Below are positions 25,856 through 37,913 of a stretch of DNA of 64,000 nucleotides, piece after piece. Source of the DNA: Raja brachyura. Lineage: Eukaryota. The position numbers and the translations under genes were made by a program. The notes under the pieces are model-generated. The model had not been told where the DNA came from. It ran no database searches and saw only the letters and a list, made by a program, of their open reading frames with translations. The stretch is from NCBI GenBank assembly GCA_963514005.1, contig OY740796.1, forward strand, positions 46,872,001-46,936,000, read 5' to 3'. How positions within the stretch are numbered: position 1 is the first letter of the stretch; each line of letters begins with the position of its first letter.

Positions 25856-26100
25856 CTAGTTTAGTTTAGAGAAGCAGCCCCAAAACAGGGCCTTTGGTCC
25901 ACCGAGTCTATGCTAACCATTGATCACCTGTTCACACTAGTTCTATGTTATCCCACATTTGCATACTTACACACTAGAGTCATTTACAGAAGCTAATTAA
26001 CCTACAAACCTGCAAGTTTTTGCAATACAAGAGGAAACCGGAGCACCGAGAGAAAACCCATGTGGTCACAGGGAGATCGTGCAAACAGATAACATCTGTA
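25856..26100 (-). mobile_element. tRNA-derived SINE (HE1/V-SINE-like), partial
   Basis: gtttagtttaga tail, aattaacctacaaacctg, gaggaaaccggagcaccgagagaaaacccatgtggtcacagggaga. Confidence 0.75.
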
Positions 26101-26162
26101 ACTGAACATAATATGTCATAAACGTTTGTGGCAGATCTTATTTGTCAGTTTACTGTTAACTT

Positions 26163-26440
26163 CAGAGATACAGTGTGAAACCAGGCCCTTCGATCCACCG
26201 AGTTCCCTCCGACCAGCAATTTCCGCACATTAACACTATCCTACACACACTTACCATTTACAATTATACCGAGCCAATTAACCTACAAACCTGTACGTCC
26301 TTGGAGTGTGGGAGGAAACCGGCAATCCCAGAGAAAACCAATGCAGGTCACAGGGAGAACTCCGTACAGACAAACATGGTTCCTAATCCCTAGTAAGGAT
26401 CAAACCTGGGTCTCTGCTGCTGTAAGGTAGCAACACTCCC
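26163..26440 (-). mobile_element. tRNA-derived SINE (HE1/V-SINE-like)
   Basis: Same family core; ggatcaaacctgggtctctg is the antisense B-box region. Confidence 0.78.
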
Positions 26441-26542
26441 TTTGAAAATTTCATGCTGAGAATTAAATGCTGGTCTACAGTCATGATCGAACCCGGGCAT
26501 CTGACATTGTTTCGTTGATCTTGGTAAGACTGGGTGATGTGA

Positions 26543-27323
26543 AGGGCCTGTCCCACTGACGTGACTTTTCAGCGACTGTCTTCGACCTTCAGGCTCGAGG
26601 GTACTCGCCTGAAAAACCTCAAGCTGGATCGACCGTCAGTGATGAAACCGCGAGCCAGATCGACCGNNNNNNNNNNNNNNNNNNNNNNNNNNNNNNNNNN
26701 NNNNNNNNNNNNNNNNNNNNNNNNNNNNNNNNNNNNNNNNNNNNNNNNNNNNNNNNNNNNNNNNNNNNNNNNNNNNNNNNNNNNNNNNNNNNNNNNNNNN
26801 NNNNNNNNNNNNNNNAGCGGGGGAGCGCTGTCTGAAATTCACACCCGCGATGAACAGAAAGGTAAAAGACGGCTGGCACAGTTCGGTAAGTCCTTTGGGG
26901 AGAGGAGAGATGGACTGGAGACACTTAAGAAGCCAGACAACGTTTAATAAAGTTTAACAAGCATTTAACATTACCGGTCGGTTTACTTACCTTTTTTTCC
27001 TCAACGAGCTTTACCTTCGATTAACTTCGATTGACTTTGACTACCTACAAATAGCATTGTGACCTATTAGGACCTACCTCGACTAAACCCACAAATAAAA
27101 ATATATCTTTTTTTTTGCCATGGCGAGTTTTTTTACTCGCGGGCATTTTTCAGCATGTTGAAAAATATGCCAGCTGAGGCCTCGAGTATGCGGGGACTAC
27201 TCTAGAGCATGAAGGAGAGTTACAAAGACCTCCTAGGACCTTGTGTCGACCATGCTGTGAGTATGAGTCGAGGGCAAACTCGTCTGAACTTGCGAAATAG
27301 GTCGCCGCAGTGGGACAGCCCCT
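26543..27323. mobile_element. PIF/Harbinger non-autonomous element spanning an assembly gap
   Basis: TIRs agggcctgtcccactg / cagtgggacagcccct; flanks TGA/TTA; right half is the reverse complement of element 62516-62897. Confidence 0.8.
26667..26815. other. Assembly gap (149 N)
   Basis: Run of n. Confidence 1.
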
Positions 27324-27538
27324 TTAGAATGCCAAATTATCTTCAGCCTCTGCAATCTGAGAAGCTCCTGATAGTGAAAGCTGTGATGTCCTCAACTGGG
27401 AATGCGTAATTAATAACTGCAATAGGACCTATTCCTTCACTCTATAGTTTCTCCAGCATTTTTATCTAACTGCAATGAGTTCAGTGTTTTTTCGTTTTTT
27501 TCCCCCCAGTTTCCAAGTCTCTTTTCATTTTTTCTCAG

Positions 27539-27682
27539 GAATCTTTCACACAACAATCTAATGAGATTGGATGAGGGAAGCTTAGCGGGACTGAGTGGAC
27601 TGCAGATTCTGCACCTAAGCCACAACTCAATAAATCATATTGCAGATGGAGCTTTTAAAGGATTAAGAAATCTACAAGTGTT
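27539..27682 (+). CDS. LRIG1: LRIG1 exon 8 ([48 protein letters not shown])
   Basis: ttctcag acceptor, gtgagt donor, 144 nt. Confidence 0.95.
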
Positions 27683-28439
27683 GTGAGTACTAAAATCAGT
27701 TGCACTGTGAGACATAAACAAAATTGATTTCACTGTATTATCCATGGTATAGTTTGCAGCATACTTTGACAACTATTATATGTGCTAGTGCTGTGCCCTG
27801 GAGTTGAGTACATTTGTAAATATAGGAATTGAGTCTTGGTAAGTAACGTTGCGTAAAATCATTGCTGAAATGTGCCAATATTGCTTACCTACCTATGTCT
27901 GGATACTGAAACCATGCTAGCTAAATGCAGCTTGAACATTAGGACCCTGAGTGGTATCACAACATGGGCGCAGCCGAATTGGGCCATGTGAATGTGCAAG
28001 AACGGGGTTTATTCATTAAAATTTCCTAAACAAAAATAAAACCTCGACAAATGCAAAGTTATAAACCTAGCTTTATCTGTCAGAGATGTCAATGTTTATA
28101 ACATTCAGAAGCTCTAAAGTCAAACCATTAAAATAAAAATAAAATTAACAATTTAATATAATTAAAGGTAGTACGATTAGCACATAACTTTTAAACCAAA
28201 TGGTAACGTCTTACGTTTGCCTCTTCTTGCAGCTATAAAATGTCCTTTCTTGGCGCAGCATCTGAGAGCAGATTCTCTGTGTAACTACTAGGGAATGGGC
28301 TCTGGGGGAATTCATCTGTAGAGATCAGCCTGGAAATTACAGGTGGAATTCGGCCAGTGCATTCTTGTGGGAGGCCTGAACTTGGCTGCACTTAAACTGA
28401 GAAATGCTGGCAGTTCTACGTAGAACTGTCAAACAATCT

Positions 28440-28645
28440 TAGATCAAACATTCAACTGAGCATTAATCTAGCTGTCTAGTTGGGTGTAATGATTCTTTAG
28501 CCTGACTTTTGAAAGGCGGGTTTGTCTGACTGAAAGACGTTTCTGCCCTCAACTGTGGCCACAAAAACAAATTAACCCCTTTACTGGTTGTGGGATTTTG
28601 CTATGTAAATAATTGTCTGCCACGTTTCCATACACAATAACAATG
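28440..28645 (+). mobile_element. Ancient Deu-SINE (AmnSINE1-like) remnant
   Basis: ttgtgggattttgctatgtaaataattgtctgccacgtttccatacacaataaca resembles recalled Deu-domain 3' part. Confidence 0.45.
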
Positions 28646-29262
28646 GAGTGAATTGACTAACCAATGGTAATAGCCATATTATAGTGGAAGGTGGCTGGAT
28701 TAGCTAGCCAGCTGCTAAACTGGGCGTTTGCTGACAGCCTATTCATTGAAGAGTCACTGAGAAGAGTCACTCAGTCCTGTCACTGAGAGAGAATCTTCCA
28801 TTGCTCTCCATTAATGAACCGGACATGGTGTAACAAGCCTGGCTGCTGGCCATTCATGGGCCAGGCCATTCACTGATCCAGCTCTGCTGAGATTTTGTGT
28901 GGTGCAATTTGACAGGTGACTGTTTAGAGCTCTTGAATTGACTGAGACCTAGTCTTTCTTGGGGTCTCTGTCTCTGAGAATACTTGGGGGGTGAATTTGG
29001 CAAAATTTCTCATAAAACTTTTAGCGCTCAAGATACCAGCCAACAAACCAGAGGTGTTTGGATTAAATAATTAACTGAAGGCTGAAATTTCCCCTAATTT
29101 CGGCTGGAATTTAAAACAATGTTTCACTATTCCCAGTCTCTTGCATCATTCCAGATAACTGACCAGGAAATCAACTGCATCATTTATATGGAGTGGAGGT
29201 AGCTATGATGCCATTCCACACCAAAGCGACAATGCATAAAGTTTCCATGTGATTTACCTGTG

Positions 29263-30917
29263 CAGGCACGTGCCATCCGGGTAGGCAAGGCACTGCCTAC
29301 CCTGACTAATATTATAACAGTAATTACTAAATATAAATAGTAGAGGCATGGGAGAATTATGCCTATGTAAGAGACCGATCTCTTAGGTAGGCATAATTCT
29401 TTGTGCCTTTCGTCCGCAGCGCTTGTAACACGGGAAGGTCTGTGCAGCCCACGTGCCGTCAGCGCTGCCTGAAGCTGTCAATTTCAATCGGGGCTGAAGG
29501 CAGCAGAAATTCTGCCTTTGCAGTCCCTGATCCAGCCCGTAACGGGAAATCATTTGGCCCGCAGTTTTCGCGACCTGGGAACTGCAGCCAGTCGTGGGGA
29601 CACGAGCTGATCTGGGAACTGCAGCTCATCCTGGGGCACGCAGGTGACCTGGGCGCTACTGCCAGTCCCGGGGCAGGCGAGGCGACCTGGGAATTGCAGA
29701 AAACTAATTGAAAAACACGTGAAAACTAATGCGAAAAACAAGACCAAGTGTCACACTATGGCGAAAGATGTGGCCCGCCATCCACTCACAGACATGGGTC
29801 CTGGCCCCTATGCAGAACAAGGTTGTCAACCCCTGGTCTCGGGGAAAGTCTGCTCAATTGCAGGGAGAGTGTGCAAACTGTATGCGCATCAAATTTCTTG
29901 GCGGGGTTTTCAAATATGGTTTGTCGAGGACCAATGATGTGGTAAGTACATTTCTTGGTGGTGTTTTTAAATACCGTATTTCCCGTGGTGGGGGGAGAGT
30001 TCCTTTCACTGCGTTTGGGGAGTCTGGCCCGGAGACTCCAAGAATGTTGTGAAGGAGGGGATTGGGATAATGCCACTTGCGACGCTCCTTGCACGGAGGC
30101 GTGGAATGCCACCACATTGAGGCCCGGAGAGGAGAGAAGTAGCTCGGGTGGCTGAACCAGCCGCCACCTTAACTCCTTCTGCCGGTCCCCGCTCACCTCT
30201 GGCAGCTCTCCGTCTAAAAACCTCTCCTGCCGCTCGCTGGCCTCACTCATGTCCTTAAATTCCGACAGCGCGATTGAGGTTACTCAGCTGTGGGAATTTA
30301 AGGATTTGCAGGAAGCCACTGACATGAGCGAAGTCGGCGAACGGCAGGTAACAGGTATTCCGACGGAGAGCACTCCCAAAGGTGAGCGGGCCGGCAGAAG
30401 GCGCAGAAGTGGCGGCCAGTTCTGCTGTCGGGTCCCGGTGGCCACTTGCAGCTCCCCGAGCTGATTCTATCCCCAGCTACAGTGCTTGGCTTCGCGCCCG
30501 GAGAGCTGCGGTAGCGGTGAGTGAGTTACTGGCAGTATCCCCGACACCCTCCTTCTCAACACTCGTGCCCTCCCCACAACTTTACCCCTGGCACAGACTC
30601 TCCACACGCTGTGAAAGGAACTGTTCCCCCAATTGGTCCCTTGAACAAGTGTTGTCATTCAATAAAATGACAACTGATTCAACTATTCCCTGTACTCCCG
30701 TTTTTCCAACCATCTCTCCATCTGCCATCACCCTTCACCCCTCCCACCCACCCACCCATTCAGTAATTCAGAATAAAGGAGACTAGGAAGCCTTGGGCAA
30801 ATTGAATTGTCACTGTTTTTATTTTTTTAACGTAGAGAACAATCTGCGCATGCACGGTTTAATTTTTTTAAGTCGACTGAGTGCCTACGCTGAGTAATTA
30901 CTCACGGCGCGTGCCTG
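29263..30917. mobile_element. hAT-superfamily non-autonomous element (1655 bp)
   Basis: TIRs caggcacgtgcc / ggcgcgtgcctg; exact 8-bp TSD tacctgtg (29255-29262, 30918-30925). Confidence 0.88.
29521..29880. repeat. 360-bp segment duplicated at 31296-31654
   Basis: Three differences seen between copies (2 substitutions, 1 G indel). Confidence 0.95.
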
Positions 30918-31295
30918 TACCTGTGAAACATGGAAAGTGATTTCCAGTCCTTGTGTGATGTCCCACCCCGCTTGCCGATGGAACATCTAGTGATGTAGAA
31001 TAGTGATGTGGCGATGAACAGACTCATCATTGGTTAACAAGTGGTGAACATCATGACCCAACCCACTGACCACAAAAAAGTACTTTATCTCTGATGCACC
31101 TCAAGGCATCCTGAGATTGCGCAAGTCACAGTACAGATGCCAATTATAAAAAATAATCTAATGAGTAGTCTAAAAGCAAATGTCAAATTAACAATTAGTA
31201 AGTTCAATTTGGTGTCACAAATGTTTTCCTTTCATTTTTCTTTCCGATTTAGTGGGAAGCCCTTCGGCCCATCAGTTCTATGCCAGTTCATAGAA

Positions 31296-31654
31296 CAGTC
31301 CCTGATCCAGCCCGTAACGGGAAATCATTTGGCCCGCAGTTTTCGCGACCTGGGAACTGCAGCCAGTCGTGGGGACACGAGCTGATCTGGGAACTGCAGC
31401 TCATCCTGGGGCACGCAGGTGACCTGGGCGTTACTGCCAGTCCCGGGGCAGGCGAGGCGACCTGGGAATTGCAGAAAACTAATTGAAAAACACGTGAAAA
31501 CTAATGCGAAAAACAAGACCAAGTGTCACACTATGGCAAAAGATGTGGCCCGCCATCCACTCACAGACATGGGTCCTGGCCCCTATGCAGAACAAGGTTG
31601 TCAACCCCTGGTCTCGGGAAAGTCTGCTCAATTGCAGGGAGAGTGTGCAAACTG
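31296..31654. repeat. Second copy: truncated Charlie-like hAT fragment (TIR ggttgtcaacccctg) plus flanking old-SINE sequence
   Basis: hAT part is homologous in reverse to 663-1088; continues into antisense SINE sequence to about 31735. Confidence 0.85.
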
Positions 31655-32179
31655 CAGGCAACAACAGAGGTCAGGCTTGACCCCAGATCACTGGAGGTGT
31701 GAGGCAACTGCTTGATTCCTGCCACATCACTGTGCAGAATAATTAGTTAACTGGCTTTTAGTTCTTGCAGAGACTTGAGTTAATGTGAACAAAAAACAAA
31801 CAGCTGCAGGAACTTGGCAGGTCAAGCTGCATCTGTGAAGATGAGGCATGGTCGATGTTGAATCAGAATGTAATTCCAACCATCCCTCAACCTCCACAGA
31901 TGCCTCTGACGCACTGAGTTCAAACAGCTGTTTGTATTTTGCTCCAGATACAGCATCTGTAGTCTCTTGTGACTCCTGATTTAATATGGTCCTGCTTTGC
32001 TACACCTCTACAAGCGTGGATATGTCATCCTTTGCATTGTCCTTTTGGATAACTAAATGAGGTGTCAGTTTTGGCTAGGGAGTGAAACTCACAGTTCAAT
32101 ATCAGCTAGTTGCAAATTCCTTTCGAGATTTGAGCACACAGTTCTGGCCGAGGTTCTTGTGTAGTATAGAGTGCTGCTG

Positions 32180-34197
32180 GGGACAGGTTGAACCTCAGCA
32201 GGTAGTGACACTTGGTGACCACGTGCCTTGGCTCGAAGCTCCGCCTGATGCAGCCTCACACGAAGGTGGCCATCAGGGTGAGAACGACGTTGGGCACGCT
32301 TTTACCACCATTGTCTGCCGACGTGTGCATTGTGACCCGTCGGACCTGGTCCATCTTCGACCCCCAGATGAAGAGGAAGACGGCCCAGGTGATCCCGTGG
32401 CCTAGCAGGGAGGGACAGACCACACTTGCGCTAAGTACAGCAGCCCCGAGAGCACCTCACACCTGATGACCAAATGTTCCCCCATTATAGAGAGGAAGCG
32501 CTGCTTCCACAGCTCCAGTTTCTTCCCCACCTTTTTTTATTTTATTATTTTATTTGCACCATGTTTTAAAAGAAGACAAGCGATCAATTTATAATACCAT
32601 ACAGTGCTGGGAGGGAAGGGAAGCCCAGAGGGCTTATACAAAGTCCGCTCCCATCTGAAAATGAGCGTTAATGGCAAATCGGGGTAGGAGAAATAAAAAA
32701 GACAATAATAAACAATAATACAGTTTAAGCATGAAAATTAAAAATATGAAAATAAATAAAATAATAAGGTATAGTATGAGATAAGAGTCAACAGAAGTAG
32801 TTTGAGCTCATAAATAGCATTACAAAAAGCTGGTGTTCAGAACTCAGGACATGATGAGAAAACTTTTAAGCTCAATCTTAAAGGTGGCTAAGGAGGTGTG
32901 AGACTTTAATGACAGAGGCAGGGTATTCCAAAATTTAGGACCTTTAAAAGTAATGCAATGTTGGTGTTTGGATGTTCGACAAAACGGAAGATGAAGATCA
33001 TTTCTTCTTCTGGTTGGGTAATGGTGAATATCAGAAGAAAGGGTGAAAAGATCATGAAGAGAAACAGGCAAATCATGTTTACATTTAAGATATTTGCAAA
33101 TAAAAATGCATATTTGGAATGCATTCAGTTTATCTACAGACAAAATTGAGTAATGAGGGGCAGAAGGTTCTTGTGAATTTGAGTGAGAAATTAATCTCAT
33201 AAATTTCTTCTGTATGATGAGTAGCTTAGAAAGATAGGAAGGATAGGTAGAACCCCAAACAATATTACAATAATTAAAATAAGGAAAAATCAAACTGTAA
33301 TATATTGTTAGATGGGAAGACGGGTGAATAAATGCTCAAACCTTTCTCAGAATACCAAGCATTTTCATTGATCTTCTACAGACAATATTGATATGTTCTT
33401 TCCAAGTTAAATTTTGATCAATGGTTACTCCTAAAAATGTTGCTATCCGCTTAGCTACCTTAGCTATCCACTCCAGCCAATTCGTGTCACACACTTCAGT
33501 CCCCACCACGCAATGTGCCAGTCAGCTGGACACTGCCACACCATCTATCATTCGTAGAAAGGCTCTTCCGGACCAATACCTTTGACCACAAGTCCACCAG
33601 GCAGTGGTCAGCACGGAACATCCTGCAGGCACTGCAGGGAAATTACTCCATGGATCCTGTAGCGTAGTTCCCAGAGCAGACTGCCCAGCTTGTCTGGCGA
33701 AATGCCTCAACGTCAGAACTCACCAACAAGCACCAAGACCTGGCTTGGCTGGCAGTGAGGGGAGCCCTCCCAGTCAGATCCTTCCTGTACCGTCGAACCA
33801 CATTACCAGCGCACGCTGCCCTCGGGACGGCTGCTATGGAGAGGAGACGGTTACCCACCTCTTCGCCGAGCGTGGATTTGCTAAGAGAGTGGAGAGGCTT
33901 GCATGGGTCCCTGTCATGATTTATTCCGAACAGCTCCGTCACAGAGGAGTCTGTACTTAACGGACTGTTCTCAGGTACGCATTCAGATGGACATAGAGAG
34001 CTGCTGGAAGGTCATCAACTCGGGGAAAGACGCTCTTTGGTCTGCCCGAGCTTTGTTGACCTCCCAGCAGAGCAAGGGTGGTGGGTACAATTGTGTTTGG
34101 GTAAAGTATATTGTATGTATGTATAGCCTCTGAGAATGCCGGATGTATTGAATATATGTAATTTCTCGAATAGGGTCTATTTTGAAATTTTAAAATA
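32180..34197. mobile_element. Tx1 (L1-clade) LINE, 5'-truncated with 5' inversion
   Basis: 15-bp TSD tatagagtgctgctg (32165-32179, 34198-34212). Minus part: NWLEWIAK..KLELWKQRFLS..FIWGSKMDQV..CHYLLRF. Plus part from ~33505: PRNVPVSWTLPHHL..DLAWLAVRGALP..CPRDGCYGEETVTHLF (zf-RVT). Confidence 0.88.
32533..33445 (-). mobile_element. L2/CR1-group (Crack/Daphne-like) LINE 3' end nested in Tx1
   Basis: Minus ORF IFPYFNYCNIVWGSTY..LLIIQKKFMRLI..HHYPTR..ITFKGPKFWNTLP; T-rich tail at 32533-32555. Confidence 0.82.
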
Positions 34198-36369
34198 TAT
34201 AGAGTGCTGCTGTGTTGCTGGATGAGATATTAAATCAGGGTCCAGCCTGAGACTTTAGATGCAAAATAACAATATTCTACAAAGAGCAGAGTTTTGAAGT
34301 GTTGGCCATTCATTACCAGAAATAGATCCTCATGAACGACGATAGCTCCAGTTCTGTATGTTCTGAACTGTCGAAGATGGACAGGAAGTCCCTATGAAGT
34401 AGTCATGTGGGAGGCTGGGATGTGGCGTGCTGCTTCTAAAATGTATGGTAAATTTATATGAATGCCATTTCATATTGACCACCCATGAGCAGGGATTCCC
34501 ACATTTCGGTGAGGATATTGTACTTTTCCCCCAAAAAAAGCGTGGACCTTTTTTTCCCCTACCCATCTGCTCCTTGAAGGTGAAGGAGTGGCCTGCTCTG
34601 TGCAATTACAACCCAATGCCGGAAATGTAGGCCTGGCAGTAGATGTTGATACTTTCTCTTGTTCCACCAGAGGAGGATTTTGTGGAGGCGATATTGGTGG
34701 CAACTCCCTTGTGCAAGTGTTTGCCATAGTCCTTGCCTCAGATACATGCAGGAGGGTTGGTGGTAGTCTGTGCTGGATTTATGTACTTAACTAGGACGAG
34801 TACATGACAAAGAGTGCTGTTGGGGACCAGTGTGCTTAAATACCTACTGAGCAATCCAAGGATGTTGGTGCTAACACAATCAGCCAGCTCCACACACTGG
34901 CCTAACCTGAAATCGGATCAGATTCTGGTGATTTCATTACTATAAGGCTATATGTGATATGTGGAAAATAAGTTTCCATTTTCTCATGGTGACAGCATCT
35001 CAATAAGGACATTATTGGCTATCAAGTCCTATGGGATGTTCTGAAGTCGTGTATTTATGTTTTTGGGGAGAGTGAACAAAAAAGGAAGATAATAAGTGAA
35101 CCATAATTCTGAATTTAATTTGGAGATTCAAATTCGAGAATTCAAACATTCATGCAACCTCTAGGTCCTGTTGTTTCTCGCACCAGATCCTGAATGGTGC
35201 TTTAATAGGAAGCCATCCATGGGAATTTGGCAGGGGATGGTATAGCAGTGTCTCATTGTACTACTTCAAGAGCATCTTAACAAATTGAGAACAAATAGCT
35301 GCAATAAAAGATGCTTCCTTTAGAAACATGGTTCAAGTTACTTTATTGTGTAAATGTTATTTCCAATGTGCTAATTTCAATCCTGAAATACAAAACGTAA
35401 TTTACATAGAGGTCCGGAAATGCATGGGAACACATGTAAAAGTGTGAAAGTACTGAGTGTCTTAAACTAACTGTACTACCATATACTTGTGTTTAGTCTC
35501 AGAGATCTACCGTGATTTGGGAACATTAACAGACAATAAAATAGAATGGTTAATCTGAAGTCTGGCATTCTCTAGACTTCTTATTACGTAAGACAAAAAT
35601 GGTTTAGTTGGTGGTAGCTATTAACAAATAGATTTTGAAATCCTGTTTTCGTTTTTGGGCTGTTGCCAAATCTTTGGTCATGATTTTGTTGGAAGAAAGT
35701 CACTTATAAAGGATCTGTGCAGCCACCACCTTTTCTGTGCCAAAGACCCCTTTATGTAAGATGTAAGACAGACGTTTACTTGATCTTTTCTGAAACCGTC
35801 TAGTTTTCAGAGCGGTTTTTGTTGGTATTTTGAATGACCAATCGGCAGAATGCTGAAGCTTTCTACTCTATGCGGAGAATTCTAATTAAATAAAGCAAGA
35901 GGCTCATAGGGGCTTGCACCTGGTGAAAGAGAAATGAGCATGCTTTAATTATGGTTCCATTGTTGCTGAGGATTGACGAGCTTTCAGAGAGTGTGAAACT
36001 GCTGAAATGCATAGCTATTCAAATAGAGGTCAAGCCTTGGGGCCTTCACACAGCAATGATTAACAAGCCAGCAGGCATTCAGGCCCAGCCAGCCAGAAAG
36101 AATAGGAAATTGCCAGTGAAGCCTGGAAGAAAAAGGAAGTAAATATAAAAAGAGCTGAAATCAAAGGTTTTGCTGGTTTGAGAGAGCCCCTTTTTCTTTC
36201 AATTCACCCTCCATTCTTTTCAATTGGAAAAGCATGCAGTGTGTGCAGTATTGGCATTGTTTAGTATTCAGTGTTAAAGACAATTTAAAACTATATATTT
36301 AAAATAATAAAACTTGTTTGATGCAGGATCCAAATATGATTTTTGAACATGGGTGGAGTGAGAGAAAGC

Positions 36370-37076
36370 TGTAAAGAGGCTTTAAAGCTAGTTAAACACT
36401 TGAGAGAACAGGTAAATACATGCAGATACAATATAACGCATAAATGGTTCAACATTGGAAACGGGGAAGCAACGTTTATTAAATGGAGAAACGTTGATGT
36501 GTAATGGGATCTGGCTGTCCTTCTACACCTGTCATTAAAAAATAAATATGCCGGTTCGGCAAGCATTTAGAAAATCACGAGGTTTTGAGTACAGGGAGTA
36601 AATATGCCTTATAATTACACAGGGTCCTGGTGAGACCACACCTGGAGTTTTGTGTGCAGCTTTCGTTTCTTAATTGAGAAATTATAAACTTGCCACTCGG
36701 GGTGTGCAGCTGAGGCTCACCAGATTGATTGCTGAGATTGTGGGACTGTTGGATGAGGTTAGATCTATTAAACTTGTATTCACTGTGACTCAAAAGAATG
36801 AGAAAAAAAATCTAATTGAAACATACAAAGTTCAGAATTAAACAGGCTGGATACAGGAAGGATATTTCTCTAGGGGGATATGGGGAATGGCTAGAGCTGG
36901 GGGTTATAGTTTTAGGATGTAAGGTTGAGAAGACAGGTGACGTTGTAGAATTCTGCATCACAGAAAGCTGTGGAAGTCAAGTTGCTGAATATTGAGGTAG
37001 GATCGATCATCATTTCTTTGAATGGTGGAACGGTCTCAAAGGATTGAGTGGTCTAGTACTGTTCCTATTTTCTATC
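36370..37076 (+). mobile_element. Degraded CR1 LINE 3' portion
   Basis: agggtcctggtgagaccacacctggagttttgtgtgcagc (LVRPHLE.CVQ) and CR1-like 3' UTR ending gttcctattttctat. Confidence 0.75.
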
Positions 37077-37832
37077 CTTCTGTATTTTCAAAGTAAAATA
37101 TCTGGGGAGTAGCAGGATTCGTTTATCAGGGATTAGTGCATGCAATAATGATAGGAGAGGTAACAAAGTCTCCTTGGGGGAGCAGAGGAACTAGCATATA
37201 GTTCCAGCGGTAGCAACTTTCTTTTGCGAACTGGGCTGTTGGTGGTGACTTACATTTGTGATATACTACAGGAATAAACAAATTCTTTTTTTAAAAAAAG
37301 TCGAAGATAATAACTGAAAAGTAACACTATTCTCATTATACTGATGGTTATACAACAGATGGTGTTAACTGCAATTTATTCTCCCAACAAACAATTTGAC
37401 ATTTTCCCCAACCATGTTTTGGCATAGTTCTGTGTGGGAAATGAAATGAATTAGTTAAAGCAGTTGTAATAACAGACAGCTTGATGTCGAAAATAGTTCT
37501 GTGTTGAAATTCAAAAAAACTGGATGCATCACATTTTTGTAGTGTATTTAACAGTGGTATTTAAATCCCAAGATGATAACCATCAATTTAGAGAGAAAAC
37601 ATGATTCAAGGAATAGTGTTGGTATCAGAACAAAAATGATTAGCAGTTTTTTTTAAAAGGGAATTGGTTGGAGAAGATTAGCTTTTGGTGCAGAATAACT
37701 TTAGACACAAGAAGTGATCCATCATTTTATAATGCAGTGAACTAAAGCGCCACCTTTCCTCTCCCTCTTTACCTTTCATAATGCAAATAGGCAAGACTGA
37801 AAAATTGATTGCACTTGTTTTTTTCCCTATAG

Positions 37833-37913
37833 GGAAGTGGACAATAATGAAATCTCGGGGATAATAGAAGATACAAATGGGGCCTTTTCTGGCTTGGATA
37901 GTCTAAGCAAGCT
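37833..37913 (+). CDS. LRIG1: LRIG1 exon 9 ([27 protein letters not shown])
   Basis: ccctatag acceptor, gtgagt donor, 81 nt. Confidence 0.95.

Noticed and set aside
29403-31715. Cluster of overlapping 60-150 aa ORFs
   Set aside because: Within GC-rich hAT element and its duplicated segment; no recognisable complete protein
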